This document shows, in pieces, positions 25,589-39,840 of a stretch of DNA of 64,000 nucleotides. How positions within the stretch are numbered: position 1 is the stretch's first letter; every line of letters starts with the position of its first letter. The stretch spans positions 28,954,001-29,018,000 of the forward strand of contig NC_043018.1 in the NCBI RefSeq assembly GCF_006345805.1. The letters run 5' to 3'. The position numbers and the translations under genes were made by a program. Under the pieces are notes generated by a model that searched no databases, was not told the origin of the DNA, and saw only the letters and a list, made by a program, of their open reading frames with translations. This DNA comes from Octopus sinensis (lineage: Eukaryota).

Positions 25589-26467
25589 TGAAGGGGTACC
25601 CAAAAGAAACCTGAATTTCGCAATATTATTTTTTATACATTTTTAAATATTTACACTTTTATCGCCTTCAAAGTATTCTCCATTTGAAGCAATGCATCGT
25701 TCCAAGCGCGTTTTCTACTATTCGAAGAAGTCCTGGAACTACATCTTCCATTGTTTGTATTCTTCACCTCCCGCAAATTTGAAAATTTCGTAGCAAAATC
25801 ACCTTCAATTTCCAACTGTTCTAAAATCCGGATCAATTTCCAACTGTTCTTTCAGTTCACGACACGCATTCAATCGTGAATGCTATTGATCTTCCGTGAG
25901 AAAGTGAGGCACAAATTTTGCTGTAACTCTTTTCATTCGTAATTCCTCGCTCAAAATTCGTTGGCACGAGCTCCAGGACACTCCAGTCATATCAACATTC
26001 TCGTCAATTATTCGCTGATGGTCCTCCAAGACCAGTTTGTTAATTTTCCTGATGTTTTTATTCGTTCGAGAGGTCACCGGTCGCCCTGAACGAAGTTGGT
26101 CATCAAACGACTTCTGACCATTCCTAAAGCATGGGAACCACTCGTAAGCTTGCGTTTTGCTCATAGCAACGGCCTTGTAAGCTGTTAGGAACATGACAAC
26201 TGTTTCGGCCTCAGTTTTTCTCAGCAGAAAACAGAATTTTACGGAAGTACACCGTTCCTTCGTTTCAGCCATCGCAAAAATCGATGAACAGGGAAGAAAC
26301 ACTGCAAGATAAAGACGCACCACGTGGCAGTACGATTTCACTCGATGACTCTGGATGGCATACTGATGCATGAGGATCGCATCAAGCGACTCCTAGCTGC
26401 AGAAGCCTGAACTATAACGAGCTTATCCAACAGAGAACGTTTCTGATTTCTTTTGGGTATCTTCTCG
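25589..26467 (-). mobile_element. Internally deleted mariner with both TIRs
   Basis: TIRs gaaggggtacccaaaagaaac and ttcttttgggtatcttctcg|TA. HTH region MAETKERCTSVKFCFLL...RSGRP...KFVPHFLT is joined to a C-terminal RCIASNGEYFEGDK remnant. Confidence 0.88.
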
Positions 26468-26745
26468 TATATGAATATTCGCCATTTTAGCCCTTGATTT
26501 TTATTCACCATTTTAGCCCCCGATCTCCTAATCCTATGTATGAGTCTGGGTTTAGCTTCATTGTATCTATTGTGTCTTATATCCATATTAAAGTTTACAA
26601 GAGTCTTATATTTAATTACATCCAGATTAAATTTTTAGTTTATTAGCATTGGTTCATCAAAACTATAGCGATATGCAGAATTTAATTAATTGCATTAGAT
26701 AATAGCCAGGCAAGGCATTAATGCTGGAGATGTAAGAATTTCATG

Positions 26746-27185
26746 TGACATTTCCCAGGGTGACTCACTATCACTCTGTATCACTCTTTTTGTCTAGCCT
26801 TAGTACCTCTCTTGAAATTGCTCAATGATGTACAGTACGGTTATAAAATGTTTGATAAAAATATAAATCATCTCATTTACATGGAGGAATTAAAGCGCTT
26901 TACAAAAAAATGGCCAACAACTACAGGGCTTACTAGCAATTGTTAAGCAATTCAGTGATGACATCAAAATGCAATCTGGCCTCGATAAATGGGCAATAGC
27001 TACCTTTATCAAAGGAAAAATGACAGAAACCTCTAACATTAACCTTGACCAGCAGAATGCCATAAAGTAGTTAGAACGAGCGGAGAGCTACAAATACGTA
27101 GAGGTATTTGAATGGGACGGAATCAAACATACAGTGATGAGGGAAAGGATCAGAAGAGAATGTTATCGCAGTATAAGAGCAATAC
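26746..27185 (+). pseudogene. Non-LTR RT fragment, R4/Dong-like (RLE group), degenerate
   Basis: QGDSLS...FCLALVPLLKLLNDVQYGYK...INHLIYMEELK...VKQFSDDIKMQSGLDKW resembles R4-type QGDSLSPLxFCLAL...HLLYMDDLK...FSxDIxMxFGxxKC. Confidence 0.65.
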
Positions 27186-27204
27186 ACAATATATATATAT
27201 TCTT

Positions 27205-27476
27205 TTACTCTTTTATTCTTTTACTTGTTTCAATCATTTGACTGAGGCCATGCTGGAGCATCACCTTTAGTCGAATAAATCGACTCCAGGACTTATTTTT
27301 TGTAAGCCTAGTACTTATACTATCGATTACTTTTTGCCAAAATGCTAAGTGACAGGGATGTAAACACTAAACACACCAACATCGGTTGTCAAGCGATGGT
27401 GGGGGTACAAACACTGACACAAACATCAAACACACACACATATATATTATATGCATACATATATATATGTATATAT

Positions 27477-27528
<52 letters not shown>

Positions 27529-27722
27529 TAAAATATATAATATATATATACATATATACGACGAGTTTCTTTCAGTTTCAGTGTACCAAATCCACTCACA
27601 AAGGCTTCGGTCGGCCTGAGGCTATAGTAAAACACACTTGCTCGAGGTGCCACGCAGTGGAATTGAGCCCGGAACAATGTAGCTGGGAAGCAAGACTCTT
27701 AACACACAGCCACTCCTGCACC
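27205..27722 (-). mobile_element. SINE family B, full length with expanded TA tract
   Basis: Colinear with 3875-4280. Confidence 0.85.
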
Positions 27723-27752
<30 letters not shown>

Positions 27753-27753
<1 letters not shown>

Positions 27754-28905
27754 GAGGGGTATTCAATAAGTAATGCCCCTGACCCACTTCCCATAGCAGT
27801 AGAGCAACGAAACTTGGCACAGTTATTAGTCTTTATCTACATAGGAACCACCCAGAGTTACGCATTTCTCCCATCGTTTCATGCAGCTCTGGAGACCGTT
27901 TTTGTAGAAGACCCCAGCTTGGTCCTCCAACCTGAACGTGACTTCAGAAATCAAGGCTGCATCATCTGGGAAACGCTTTCCTTTCAAAAACAACTTCACG
28001 ACTGGGAAGAGGTGAAAATCAGAGGGTGCAAGGTCAGGAAAGTAGGGGGATGGGGGAGGAGTTCATAGCCATACGACTATGCTTCTGATCTGGCGACAAG
28101 CGAGTTATGGACCGGAGCGTTGTCCTGCAGGAGGAGGATGCTTTGCTGATCTTTCACCGCCTCTTGATTTTGATAACTTCTCTTAATTTCCTCAAAAGTA
28201 AAGCATAATAGGCTCCTGCAATTGTGGTACCCTTTGCCAGGAAATCTGTCATCACTACTCCGTCCTGGTCCCAGAAGACTGTGAGCATGACCTTGCCAGA
28301 GGAGGGCTGCACCCTTGCCTTCTTTGGAGGGGGTGAGTCACGGTGCTTCCACTGCATTGACTGGGCTTTGGTCTCTGGATCATCGTAATGGACCCAGGTT
28401 TCATCCTGTGTAATCAGTCTTTTGAAAAATTTTGACTCATCTTCTTGGCACATCTCCAAATTCATCTTCAAGCACTCGACGCGTTCTTGCTTCTGGAAAG
28501 GCGTGAGCAACCTGGGAATCCATCTGGCAGACACCTTTTGCATATGCAAATGGTCATGAATGATAGTTTCCACAGACCCGGTACTAATCTTGACCTCATG
28601 GGCTATATGGCGAATAATTATGCGTCGATCTTCCAAAATGGCAGCCTCAACTTGACGGACAGATGCCTCATCAATGGCAGAAGGGGCGACCAGATCTGGG
28701 AGCTGTTTCCACAGAGTTCCGACCATGTTTGAATTCACGATGCCAGCATCATCACCATAAGTTACTTTCATTTCATCAAAAGTCTCCCGTGGTGTGTGTC
28801 CTTTCAAATACAAAAACCGGATCACTGCTCGACACTCAACAGGCTCCATTTCACACTTGATTCGGTTCAAACACCTGTAAATCAGAAACCACAATTAATT
28901 CAGAG
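27753..28905 (-). mobile_element. mariner (DD34D) transposon, nearly complete transposase pseudogene
   Basis: ORF 28154..28894 has WIPRLL and ITQDETWVH; frameshifted continuation has QDNAPVH and the C-terminus RWEKCVTLGGSYVDKD. One TIR (gaggggtattcaataagtaatgcc) at 27754; an internal deletion in the HTH region. Confidence 0.9.
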
Positions 28906-29497
28906 CTGAAAAATTATGTATATATATATACATAATTTTTCAAATTTTTGTTGAGCATCTTATTCAGAATACAACATACATTTTATGTTAAATATATAAA
29001 TGATATATGTGTATTACATTTGGAAGCGTTACTAGAGAATGCTTGTCACCGAGAACGCTGTGAAGGAAAACAAAAAAATCTGTTGGAATTTCTTATATTT
29101 TCTATGATTTATTTTCTTAAATATAACCAATTATTTCAGTTTGCCTCGACACACTAATGAATATTAAGTAATTAATCTTTAAATAATATATGAGTAAATA
29201 AGGACGTAAGTAACACACAAAAAAATTCAGTATATATTGCAAAGTCAATGTAATTCTATTCATGAAGACAAATTGACGTTTCAAGTGGAGATCATTTATC
29301 AAGACAGTATGAAGTACAAATAGCAGAAAAGTTAACGTTTTTATGCACAAAAATGATATAGCGCTCAGATATGTGATATACTGTATTGGCTAACAGGAAT
29401 ATCTAAAATCAAAACAATATCTATTAGATGATGGTTCCATTTAAATTTGTTGTTAAAAGAAATTGATCTATCCATTTCTCTCTCTGTCTCTCTCCAA

Positions 29498-29564
<67 letters not shown>

Positions 29565-29576
29565 CCCCTCTCTCTC

Positions 29577-29645
<69 letters not shown>

Positions 29646-30278
29646 CGAAGTGTTTTGCTTAAGAAATAAATACTGTTTAATTTGCGCTCATGAGTATATA
29701 TTTGAGTGTAACACATTAACTACTAGACCAAGCTCACATACGCACACACACATATACATACTTACATACGTACATATAAACAACTACATATACAATAATC
29801 TCCCCCTCTCTCTCCCTTTATATTATTATATATATATATATATATATAGACATACATACATATATATCATATACATATATATAAATATATATGTGTTCGT
29901 GTGTGTGTATGCATGCATGTATATAATTATACCTATCTATTTCTCTGTCTGTGCACCTTCTACTAAGCCAACAATGGTGTTATTATTTTCATACCATCAC
30001 CTCAGTCTTTAATACTTTTCCTGAAGTCACTTCGTTTAACACCGCACTTGACTCTTGCATGAGTTTTGAGAAATCCATTTTGACGTGGTGCAGTCTATTA
30101 CTCACACCTGCACCCTGAGCACTGTTAATGGATTCCACTCTGTTGTCACTAAATTTTAAACCATCACGTGACACAATGGTTGACTTCATTGATGCTTTCT
30201 CTCTTTTACTGAGGACAAACACAGACACACAAACAAATTTACACACGTACTTATATATATATACGTGGCTTGCATATA

Positions 30279-30450
30279 GGGCGCAGGAGTGGCTGTATGA
30301 TAAGTAGCTTGCTTACCAACCACATGGTTCCAGGTTCAGTCCCACTGCGTGGCATCTTGGGCAAGTGTCTTCTACTATAGCCTCGGGCCGACCAATGCCT
30401 TGTGAGTGGATTTGGTAGACGGAAACTGAAAGAAGCATGTCGTATATATG

Positions 30451-30481
<31 letters not shown>

Positions 30482-30900
30482 GTATGTATGTGTGTGTATG
30501 TTTGTGTGTCTGTGTTTGGCCCCCTAGCATTGCTTGACAACCGATGCTGGTGTGTTTACTTCCCCGTCACATAGCGGTTCGGCAAAAGATACCGATAGAA
30601 TAAGTACTGGGCTTACAAAGAATAAGTCCCGAGGTCGATTTGCTCGACTAAAGCGGTGCTCCAGCATGGCCGCAGTCAAATGACTGAAACAAGTAAAAGA
30701 GAGAGAGAAAAGAGAATATATATATATGTATATATATATACATATATACGATGTCCTTCTTTAAGTTTCCGTCTACCAAATCTACTCACAAGGTTTTAGT
30801 CGGCCCGAGACTATAGTAGAAGACACCTGCTCAAGGTGCCACACGGTGGAACTAAACCAGGAACCATGTGTTTGGTAAGCAAGCTTACCACACAGCCACT
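30279..30900. mobile_element. Two SINE family B copies (30279-30715 +, 30745-30900 -)
   Basis: Both match family B. Confidence 0.85.
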
Positions 30901-31344
30901 TCTACGTATTTCTCTGTTGAAAGAATTAGACTGAAGTACATTGCCTAAGAATAATTTTCTCTTTTCCTCTCACAATTAGAACCTCTTTAAAACAAATGGC
31001 AGAAACTTTCCTTCTCCATAAGATTTAACAAGTAACATAATTTTATATCCATTTTAAAGTATTTAGTTGAACAAATAACATCAACTTCATATTTTGGCCA
31101 CAAGGCCAGAAAATTCAGAGAAGGGGTAATTCGATTACATCTACTGCAGTTTTTCACTGTTACTTATTTTATCGACCCTAAGATGATAAAAACTCAAAAT
31201 CGACCCCGGCAGAATTTTGAAATTAGAAAGTAAAAAACGGGTGAATAACCGATATGCATTTTGCCTAGCGTGCTAAAGATTCTGTCAGCTTGCTGCTGGC
31301 ATTAGTGGTTCAAATGATATAAAGTTTCTTCAATCAGTAGTTGG

Positions 31345-31416
<72 letters not shown>

Positions 31417-31584
31417 CTCAGAATAAACAACAAGAATAACTCCGGTAATTTGGTACGATCGTTTTGCACTACATCATTTTATTAAATGTGGTACGTATTA
31501 CAACAGTTTTAAAATGCTGAGCACTCATCAGACATTGATAGAGGTTTACCATATTCATTTGAATCTAAATTTTGCTGAACTTAT

Positions 31585-31620
<36 letters not shown>

Positions 31621-31688
31621 ATATCTACATATAATATATATAACATATATATATATATATAATATATATATATATATATTATTTTATA

Positions 31689-31722
<34 letters not shown>

Positions 31723-31902
31723 CACATATATATTATTTATATATCATCTACACATATATATTTCATAAATGTGTGTAAATTGGTTTGTTGTGACCCCCTT
31801 CGGTCATGAATGACCAGGGATTGCACCTAGAAGTGTACCCTCCGAGGCACAAGTCCGGCAAGGTTGTTTATGGAAGACCAGCAATCGCCCATATAAATAT
31901 AT

Positions 31903-31949
<47 letters not shown>

Positions 31950-31970
31950 TATATATATATATTTCAAACA

Positions 31971-33737
31971 TTGAGGGCAAAATTAATTAATTATTAATCA
32001 ATTTCACCAAGTGTTCAGTATGCAAAGGGACCATTCAAGGCGAATTCAAATTATTACATTATTAAAAGGGCTTAGTAAAATAAATTACTTTGCCGCATAC
32101 TGAACTCATTAGAAATAGCAGCTAAAAAACTTTTTAAGGCTATTCTAATACTTAAAGAAAATCTCTCTCATATATAGTGTTGCATAATTCAACTCACAAA
32201 AGTTGGGGGTAATGACATCGAAAAATCAAATGCTAAGGTTATTCGAGAACGTTACGTTTCAAGATTAGTCAAAAAAACATTTCTATATCGGCTCGGAAAT
32301 TCCTTGGTTGGATTTGGAAACACTGAAAATAAGAACATACCCTCTCGAAGATCTGCTCCCAACTAACAGTGCCAACAAATTCAAAATAAGCAAGCGAAGA
32401 ATCTCTGTTCTCCCCTTTCCACCAGCGTGGGTTAAAATATATCAAACTCTATGCTTATTTCGGTAAAGTCGAAGCATTAATCAGAGGGAGATTAATTATA
32501 ATTTCAACAATTGAGGGCAAAATTAATTAATTTTAATCAATTTCACCAAGTGTTCAGTATGCAAGGGACCATTCAAGGCGAATTCAAATTATTACATTAT
32601 ATAAAAGGGCTTAGTAAAATAAATTACTTTGCCGCATACTGAACTCATTAGAAATAGCACTAAAAAACTTTTTTTTAAGGCTATTCTAATACTTAAACAA
32701 AATCTCTCTCATATATTAGTGTTTGCATAATTCAACTCACAAAAGTTTGGGGGGTAATGACATCGAAAAATCAAATGCTAAGGTATTCGAGAACGTACGT
32801 TTCAAGATTAGTCAAAACAACATTTCTATCATCGGTCGGAAATTCCTTGGTTTGGATTTGGAAACACTGAAAATAAAGAAATACCCTCTCGAAGATCGCT
32901 CCAAACTAACAGTGCCAACAAATTCAAAATAAGCAACGCGAAAGATCTCTGTTTCCCCTTCCACCAGCGTGGGTTAATTAAAATCATCAAACTCTATGCT
33001 TATTTCGGTAAAGTCCGAAGCATTAATCAGAGGGAGATTAATTATAATTTCAACAATGAGGGCAAATTCATTAATTATTAATCAATTTCACCAAGTGTTC
33101 AGTATGAAAAAGGGACCATTCAAGGCGAATTCAAATTATTACATTATATAAAAGGGCTTAGTAAAATAAATTACTTTGCCGCATATGAACCATTAGAAAT
33201 AGCAGTCTTAAAAAAACTTTTTTTAGGCTATTTCTAATACTTAAAGAAAATCTCTCTCAGTATATAGTGTTTGCATTCATCAACTAACAAAAGTTGGGGG
33301 TAATGACATCGAAAAATAAATGCTAAGGTATTCGAGATTACGTATGTTTCAAGCATTAGTCAAAACAACTTTCTATCATCGGCTCGATAAATCCTTGGTT
33401 GGATTTGGAAACACTGAAAATAAGAACATACCCTCTCGAAGATCTGCTCCCAACTAACAGGCCAACAAATCAAAATAAGCAAGCGAAGAAGAATTCTGTT
33501 TCCCCTTTCCACCAGCGTGGTTAAAATATCAAACTCTATGCTTATTTCGGTAAAGTCCGAAGCATTAATCAGAGGGAGATTAATAATTTAACAATGAGGG
33601 CAAAATAATTAATATTAATCAATTTCACCAAGTGGCAGTATGCAAAGGGACCATTCAAGGCGAATCAAATTATTATTTATTATAAAAGGTTAGTAAAAAA
33701 TTTACTTTGCCGCATACTGAACTCATTAGAAAAGAGC
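31971..33737 (-). repeat. Tandem array of ~540-bp units (3.25 copies), each with a hammerhead-like motif on the minus strand
   Basis: Unit starts (t)tgagggcaa at 31971, 32511, 33057 and 33595 (periods 540, 546, 538). Confidence 0.92.
32788..32839 (-). ncRNA. Hammerhead-like motif in tandem unit 2 (equivalents at 32244-32295 and 33332-33387)
   Basis: Three-copy consensus cgag-CCGATGA-tagaaatgttgttttgactaatctt-GAAAC-GTAC-GTT-ctcg; U4C core variant and weak stem II. Confidence 0.6.
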
Positions 33738-33889
33738 TATATATATATACATATTTTTTCTAAGTTATGTTTAGCATCTCATTCAGAATACAACACACAT
33801 TTTATATTAAATATATAAATGATATATGCGTATTACATTTGGAAGCGTTACTAGAGAATGCTTGTCACCGACAACGCTGTTAAGGAACA

Positions 33890-34572
33890 GAAAGGTCGCT
33901 CTGATATAAAACCGGATATGTAGGAAATGGAACTGAACATTTCGGGGACTTTTTACTTGCGCTTGTGATCATGGCACTCCCACATACCTGAGCCTGCGAT
34001 TTATATTGGCACCGAATATCTTGTTTCGGCTTCTCTACAGATTATATCAAGGGGATGGAGAGGGTCTATAAGATGTTGCGAAAGCCTTATTGGACCTAAG
34101 GTTTTGCAGATAATGCTTCTTATAGTCAATGAAGTTTGTGTTCGGTCACGAATAGACAGCCACCAACATATATGTGTGTGTATGCTCATGTGTGTATGTA
34201 TATATATATGTAGTGTCTGTGCAGGACCCTGCCTCAGTATAGCTGGACTCAAGAGTCATCTTCGTAGTCCTAAAAAGAGACAGATGAGTGACAACCTGGT
34301 CACTAGTGGTGGTGTTACACACTATACTAATCATATCTGCCAGGCATGTGGAAGAGAGTGTAATTCGGCAGGTGGACTTAAACGATATGCAAAGGTACAT
34401 GAAGCCCAGTTTACAACTACAGTCGGCTATTGCCAGTAAAGGTTTTAGCTGCCAATTCTGTACAAGACATTGTAGATCTTTAGCTGGGCTAAAAAGTCAC
34501 ATTCGATCACAGCAGCAATAACAATAAGCTTCGTGCAATGGCCATACTCGATAACGAGGGGGCAGCCATCAT
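33890..34572 (+). mobile_element. RTE-like LINE 3' end with three zinc-knuckle repeats and (ATGT)n tail
   Basis: CSVCAGPCLSIAGLKSHLRS, CQACGRECNSAGGLKRYAKVH and CQFCTRHCRSLAGLKSHIRS, then a short UTR ...gcagccatc and (atgt)n. Confidence 0.65.
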
Positions 34573-35532
34573 GTATGTATGTATGTATGTATGTATTTAT
34601 GTATGTATTATTACGTGTGTATGTTTATTAATGCAGTTTGAGCAAAGCATCAAGATGTTTTCTTAGTGAATGAATACTCTGCAGTTTTAAGTCTGTACAG
34701 TTGGACAAAAACGCTAAGGATATCTTACACGAAACAACCACAAATATATTTGAAAGAAGCAAAGGTGTAATTAATTGACTTCAGCCGACTCCATTTTTTG
34801 AGTGCTATAATTTCTTTATCGACCACGTAACATTGAAGAATAAAATTGACCTCTGGAGGGAGATTTAAGCCAGAAATTTAAATGGTTAGAATTACCAACC
34901 AACACATAAAACAATACGCAACTGCCTATGTCATAATTATTTCTACTATAGGCACAATGGAGAGAAGGTGAGTCGATTACATTGACTCCAGTTGTCGATT
35001 GGTATTCATTTTATCGAAACCAAAAGCATAAAAGGCAAAATCAACCTCAGTAAAATTTTAACTCAGAACCTAAAGAGCTCAAGTATTTTGTACAGCGTGC
35101 TAACGATTCTGCCATCACGCCAACTATGATGCCGCCATAATAGCTACTTAAAATAAAAAGGCCCAGGTATTGTAGAAATAGATATTACAGTACAGTAATT
35201 GACATATATTAAACTATTACGTATTTCTAGCACATGGCAGGAGTAAAAACAGTTAAAAGGGACTTAATAATGACAATAAGGTGCTCTAGTGTCAGCATCG
35301 TCCTACTCCGTCGTTGAAGTAGAGTACAAACAAAAAAAAACATATGTCCTTTACAGATAGCAAGAAAACAATCATATTACAAAATAATATTACAACGTTC
35401 TTATTTGTATATTTGTTTAAAACAATGTCATGCAATACGCTAATATACTATGGTTTCTTTTACTCCGTACATGCATACATACATATGTATATATATGTAG
35501 ATATATATACATATCTATATAACATATATATC

Positions 35533-35589
<57 letters not shown>

Positions 35590-35820
35590 GTGTGTATGCT
35601 CGAGTATGTATGTATGTATATATTTATATATATTTATATATATATGTAAACATATGTGTGTGTGTGTGTATGTATGCACTTAAGTATGTATATATGTATG
35701 CATGTATATATATGCCTCAATTTCTTTGCATTTATTTATATATGCATACATACATACCTACATACATATATATATGTACACACACACACACACGCAAATA
35801 TATATATATGCAGAGAGAGA

Positions 35821-35862
<42 letters not shown>

Positions 35863-35998
35863 CAGACTGACACAACGGGAAAGAAGGATACTACACATAC
35901 AAATCTATGCATATATATATATTAAAGATATGCAAAGAAATGTTGGCATATATATATATATATATACAAACACCCACACATATATATATATTCATATA

Positions 35999-36048
<50 letters not shown>

Positions 36049-36097
36049 TATATATGTTTGCATACACATATATGCGTATCTCGTTGTGTCTGTACTG

Positions 36098-36173
<76 letters not shown>

Positions 36174-36174
36174 T

Positions 36175-36585
36175 TCTTTTTCTTTTTCCTTTTACTTGTT
36201 TCAGTCATTTTGACTGCGGCCATGCTGGAGCACCGCCTTTTAGTCGAGCAACTCGACCCCGGGACTTATTCTTTTGGTAAGCCCAGTACTTATTCTATCG
36301 GTCTCTTTTGCCGAGCCGCTAAGTAACGGGGACATAAACACACCAGCATCAGTTGTCAAACAATGGTAGGGGGACAAACACAGACACACACACATATATA
36401 TATACATACATATATACGACGGGCTTCTTTCAGTTTCCATCTACCAAATCAACTCACAAGGCTTTGGTCGGACCGAGGCGAGGCTATAGCAGAAGACACT
36501 TCCCCAAGGTGCCACGCAGTGGGACTGAACCCGGAACCATGTGGTTGGTAAGCAAGCTACTTACCACACAGCCACTCCTGCGCCT
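36175..36585 (-). mobile_element. SINE family B, full length
   Basis: Colinear with 3875-4280. Confidence 0.88.
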
Positions 36586-36590
36586 ATATG

Positions 36591-36621
<31 letters not shown>

Positions 36622-36816
36622 TATAATATATATATCTATATATATTATATATATATATATACATACATACATATACATATATACATGTATATATATGTAT
36701 ATTATATATATTTATACATCTATATATATATATATGTATAGATATGAATGATATATATATTTATATGTACATGTATATATGTATATTTATATATATGTAT
36801 AATGTATATATATATA

Positions 36817-36877
<61 letters not shown>

Positions 36878-37568
36878 ATATATATACATCTACACAATCT
36901 TACATGCATACATATGTAATATTTGAAATATAGTCATGAAATCAGATCTTAAAGTCAAGAATGAATTGCTTTTTTTTGTTCTTTTTGTTTTTCTTTTATC
37001 ATCCATCTAGTTAAATTACAATATTCATCTTTACCCCCAACATCCTCTGCAGCAACAGATAACCAAAGCCATCTGCTACTTGACAACAGCAATCGGCAGA
37101 ATAAATGAGAAAACGGAATAAAATTTTTTTACTGAAAAGAAAACTTTTATTCAGGAGGCGAAAGCTATATTACCATATGTCATTCCAATAATGCGATCGA
37201 TATATTTTTTCTAATGAAATGTGTGATTGCCATGTATGTGTATAAGAATGTATGTATGATATATATATATCTATATATATATATATATATATATATAGAT
37301 TATATATATATATTATATATATATATATTATATATATGTTTATATGTATGTACGTATGTGTGTATATATATGCACGTATGTATGTATTCGTGCATATGTA
37401 AATATATATAAATATATGTTTTGTATAAATATGTGTGCGTGTGTATACATTATGAATACATGTATTTATATGCATACTCACGCACAACATATGCACACAT
37501 TCATAGACAGGTTGATTTATATATCGGTATATATACATATACAAATATATACATACACACACATATAA

Positions 37569-37617
<49 letters not shown>

Positions 37618-37694
37618 ATATATACATATGTATATGTATAAAATATACATACATATGTATATCTTATACATATATATATTTATATATATATATA

Positions 37695-37760
<66 letters not shown>

Positions 37761-37765
37761 CTATG

Positions 37766-37796
<31 letters not shown>

Positions 37797-38469
37797 ATAT
37801 GTATATACATATGTATTTATATATATATATATATATATTTATATATGGTATACATTCTTTATTTGAACAACAAAGAGAATAAATGTGAAGTGCCAAAAAT
37901 GGCTTCTATCATTTTACCTGAACAACAAAGCGTTCTTTATAGAAATATTTCTATGGACTTGACTGACATGGAGAGTGAGACAGGAGGAGGGAGGAAAGAG
38001 AGAGAAAGAAAGAGACAGCGAGAGAGATAAGAGTGAGAGAGAACGAGGGTAGGTGAGAGACGAAAGAGAAGGGTTTTTAAATGTGGTTTCCATTATTTGG
38101 CTGCCTGGAAATAATCCATTAAACGAATAAAATCTCATTAGCTGAAGAATTTCTCTTTACATTGTAGACAACATTTGTCGATAAAGATATGAAAAAAATA
38201 TTATTCACTTCTTTCAAACGGAGCAAAAGTTTGTTTGGTCAGAGATATCTCGAGGATTTTTAAAAATCTTAGTGAAGGGATCATAATTGTAGAGTTGTAC
38301 TGTACACGTGGGCTTTTGTTGAAAATTTTGAAAGTCTATGCCGCAGCGGTTTAACACAAGAATGTCGTTTACTTTTAATTAATTTAATTTTCCTTTCACC
38401 GTGTAATCAAATTTAAACATGTCTTCTTATTATATGAGGACCAGTCCCAAAAGGCGTTATAGTGACCAG

Positions 38470-38690
38470 AGTAAACCGGGAAAGTTTACGAAAAAAAGAC
38501 AAAAGACGAAGACAGATGGTGTACAAAACAAACAGATGTATTAGTATAGCACTCAGGAATTGAAAAAGTCTTTTACGTTTCGAGCCTACGCTCTTCTACA
38601 GACAGGGGCACAGAAAAAACAAGGCGAGAAACAAGGAGAGAAAAAAATGTGTGTAGTGGCTAACGATCTATCATGGCGACTGACGCATCC
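38470..38690 (-). repeat. Repeat family D copy
   Basis: Reverse complement of 22095-22290. Confidence 0.8.
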
Positions 38691-39049
38691 CCATCCAAAA
38701 CAAATAGAGGAATCTAAAATAAACATGGACCACCTGAAAGATACTCAAATTTTAGAGACTGTAAAATTAATGGCATTTCAGAAAAATAAATATACAAAAA
38801 AAGTAGAATAATAGACAGCGCGATCGACAAGAATAACATCTAAAAACAAAGTTTGTCAAACTAAGATTCGATGAATACGACAAAATTGTATTGTTTGTAC
38901 TCGCACTTTGAAGTAACACACTTGAAATGGAATATTTTGTCGAAAGGCAACTCTGCGAATATAAGACAGAGCGCTGCCTTGCCTGATGACCACAGAAGCA
39001 CACGGGAGTAGAAGGTCGACCAATTGGCATCTTACCTTAAAGACTCCGC

Positions 39050-39345
39050 TGGTTACGACGACGAGGGTCCCAGCTGATACGATCAACGGAACAGCTCGCT
39101 CGTGAAATTAACGTGCAAATGGCCGAGCATTCCACAGACACGTGCACCCTTAACGCAGTTCTCGGGGAAAATCAGCGTGACACAGAGAGTGACAAGGCTG
39201 ACCCTTTGAAATACAAGTACAACTCATTCTTGCCAGCTGAGTGGACTGGAGCAACGTGAAATAAAGTGTCTTGCTCAAGGACACAACGCGTCGCCGGGAA
39301 TCGAACTCACAACCTTACGATCATGAGCCGAATGCCCTAACCACT
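39050..39345 (-). mobile_element. SINE family C-related 3' part
   Basis: Shares gatcaacggaacag...cacagacacgtg...cgtgacacaga with 8472-8850. Confidence 0.7.
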
Positions 39346-39604
39346 GTCGCCCGTTGTTTCTGCTCCACCAACCATTCCACCGATCTCCTTACTGTCTTCG
39401 GCGCAGCCTTAATCTATGGAACGATCACAACCAGACTTCGCCAGGAACAATAGTACATTTTCACACAACGAAGTCATACATCGTTTGAACTTAACAACCC
39501 TTCCTTCATGTAACAGCTTCCAACTTACTTTTCCCTCTCATTCTGCATTGCTCTGGTGTTACACACCCAAATACACAACATACACAACCCGCACACACAT
39601 TATA

Positions 39605-39636
<32 letters not shown>

Positions 39637-39726
39637 ATATAGTATAAACATTTTTTCAGAAAAAAATTCATCAAAAGTGGCAGCATATTAAAATACCGTT
39701 AAAGGTTAAAATTATAAACAATTATA

Positions 39727-39759
<33 letters not shown>

Positions 39760-39799
39760 TGTGTGTATGTATGTATGTATATATATATATATATATATA

Positions 39800-39840
<41 letters not shown>

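Noticed and set aside
31484-31536. Hammerhead-like aatgt-CTGATGA...acatt on the minus strand
   Set aside because: The GAAA core is destroyed (gtaatac) and stem II does not pair; at best a fossil.
31971-33737. CRISPR-like or prokaryotic repeat array
   Set aside because: Units are ~540 bp without unique spacers, in a eukaryotic context.
38830-39000. LKWNILSK...ERCL resembling a PLE endonuclease tail, followed by CTGATGA
   Set aside because: Too short and frameshifted, and no complete ribozyme fold.
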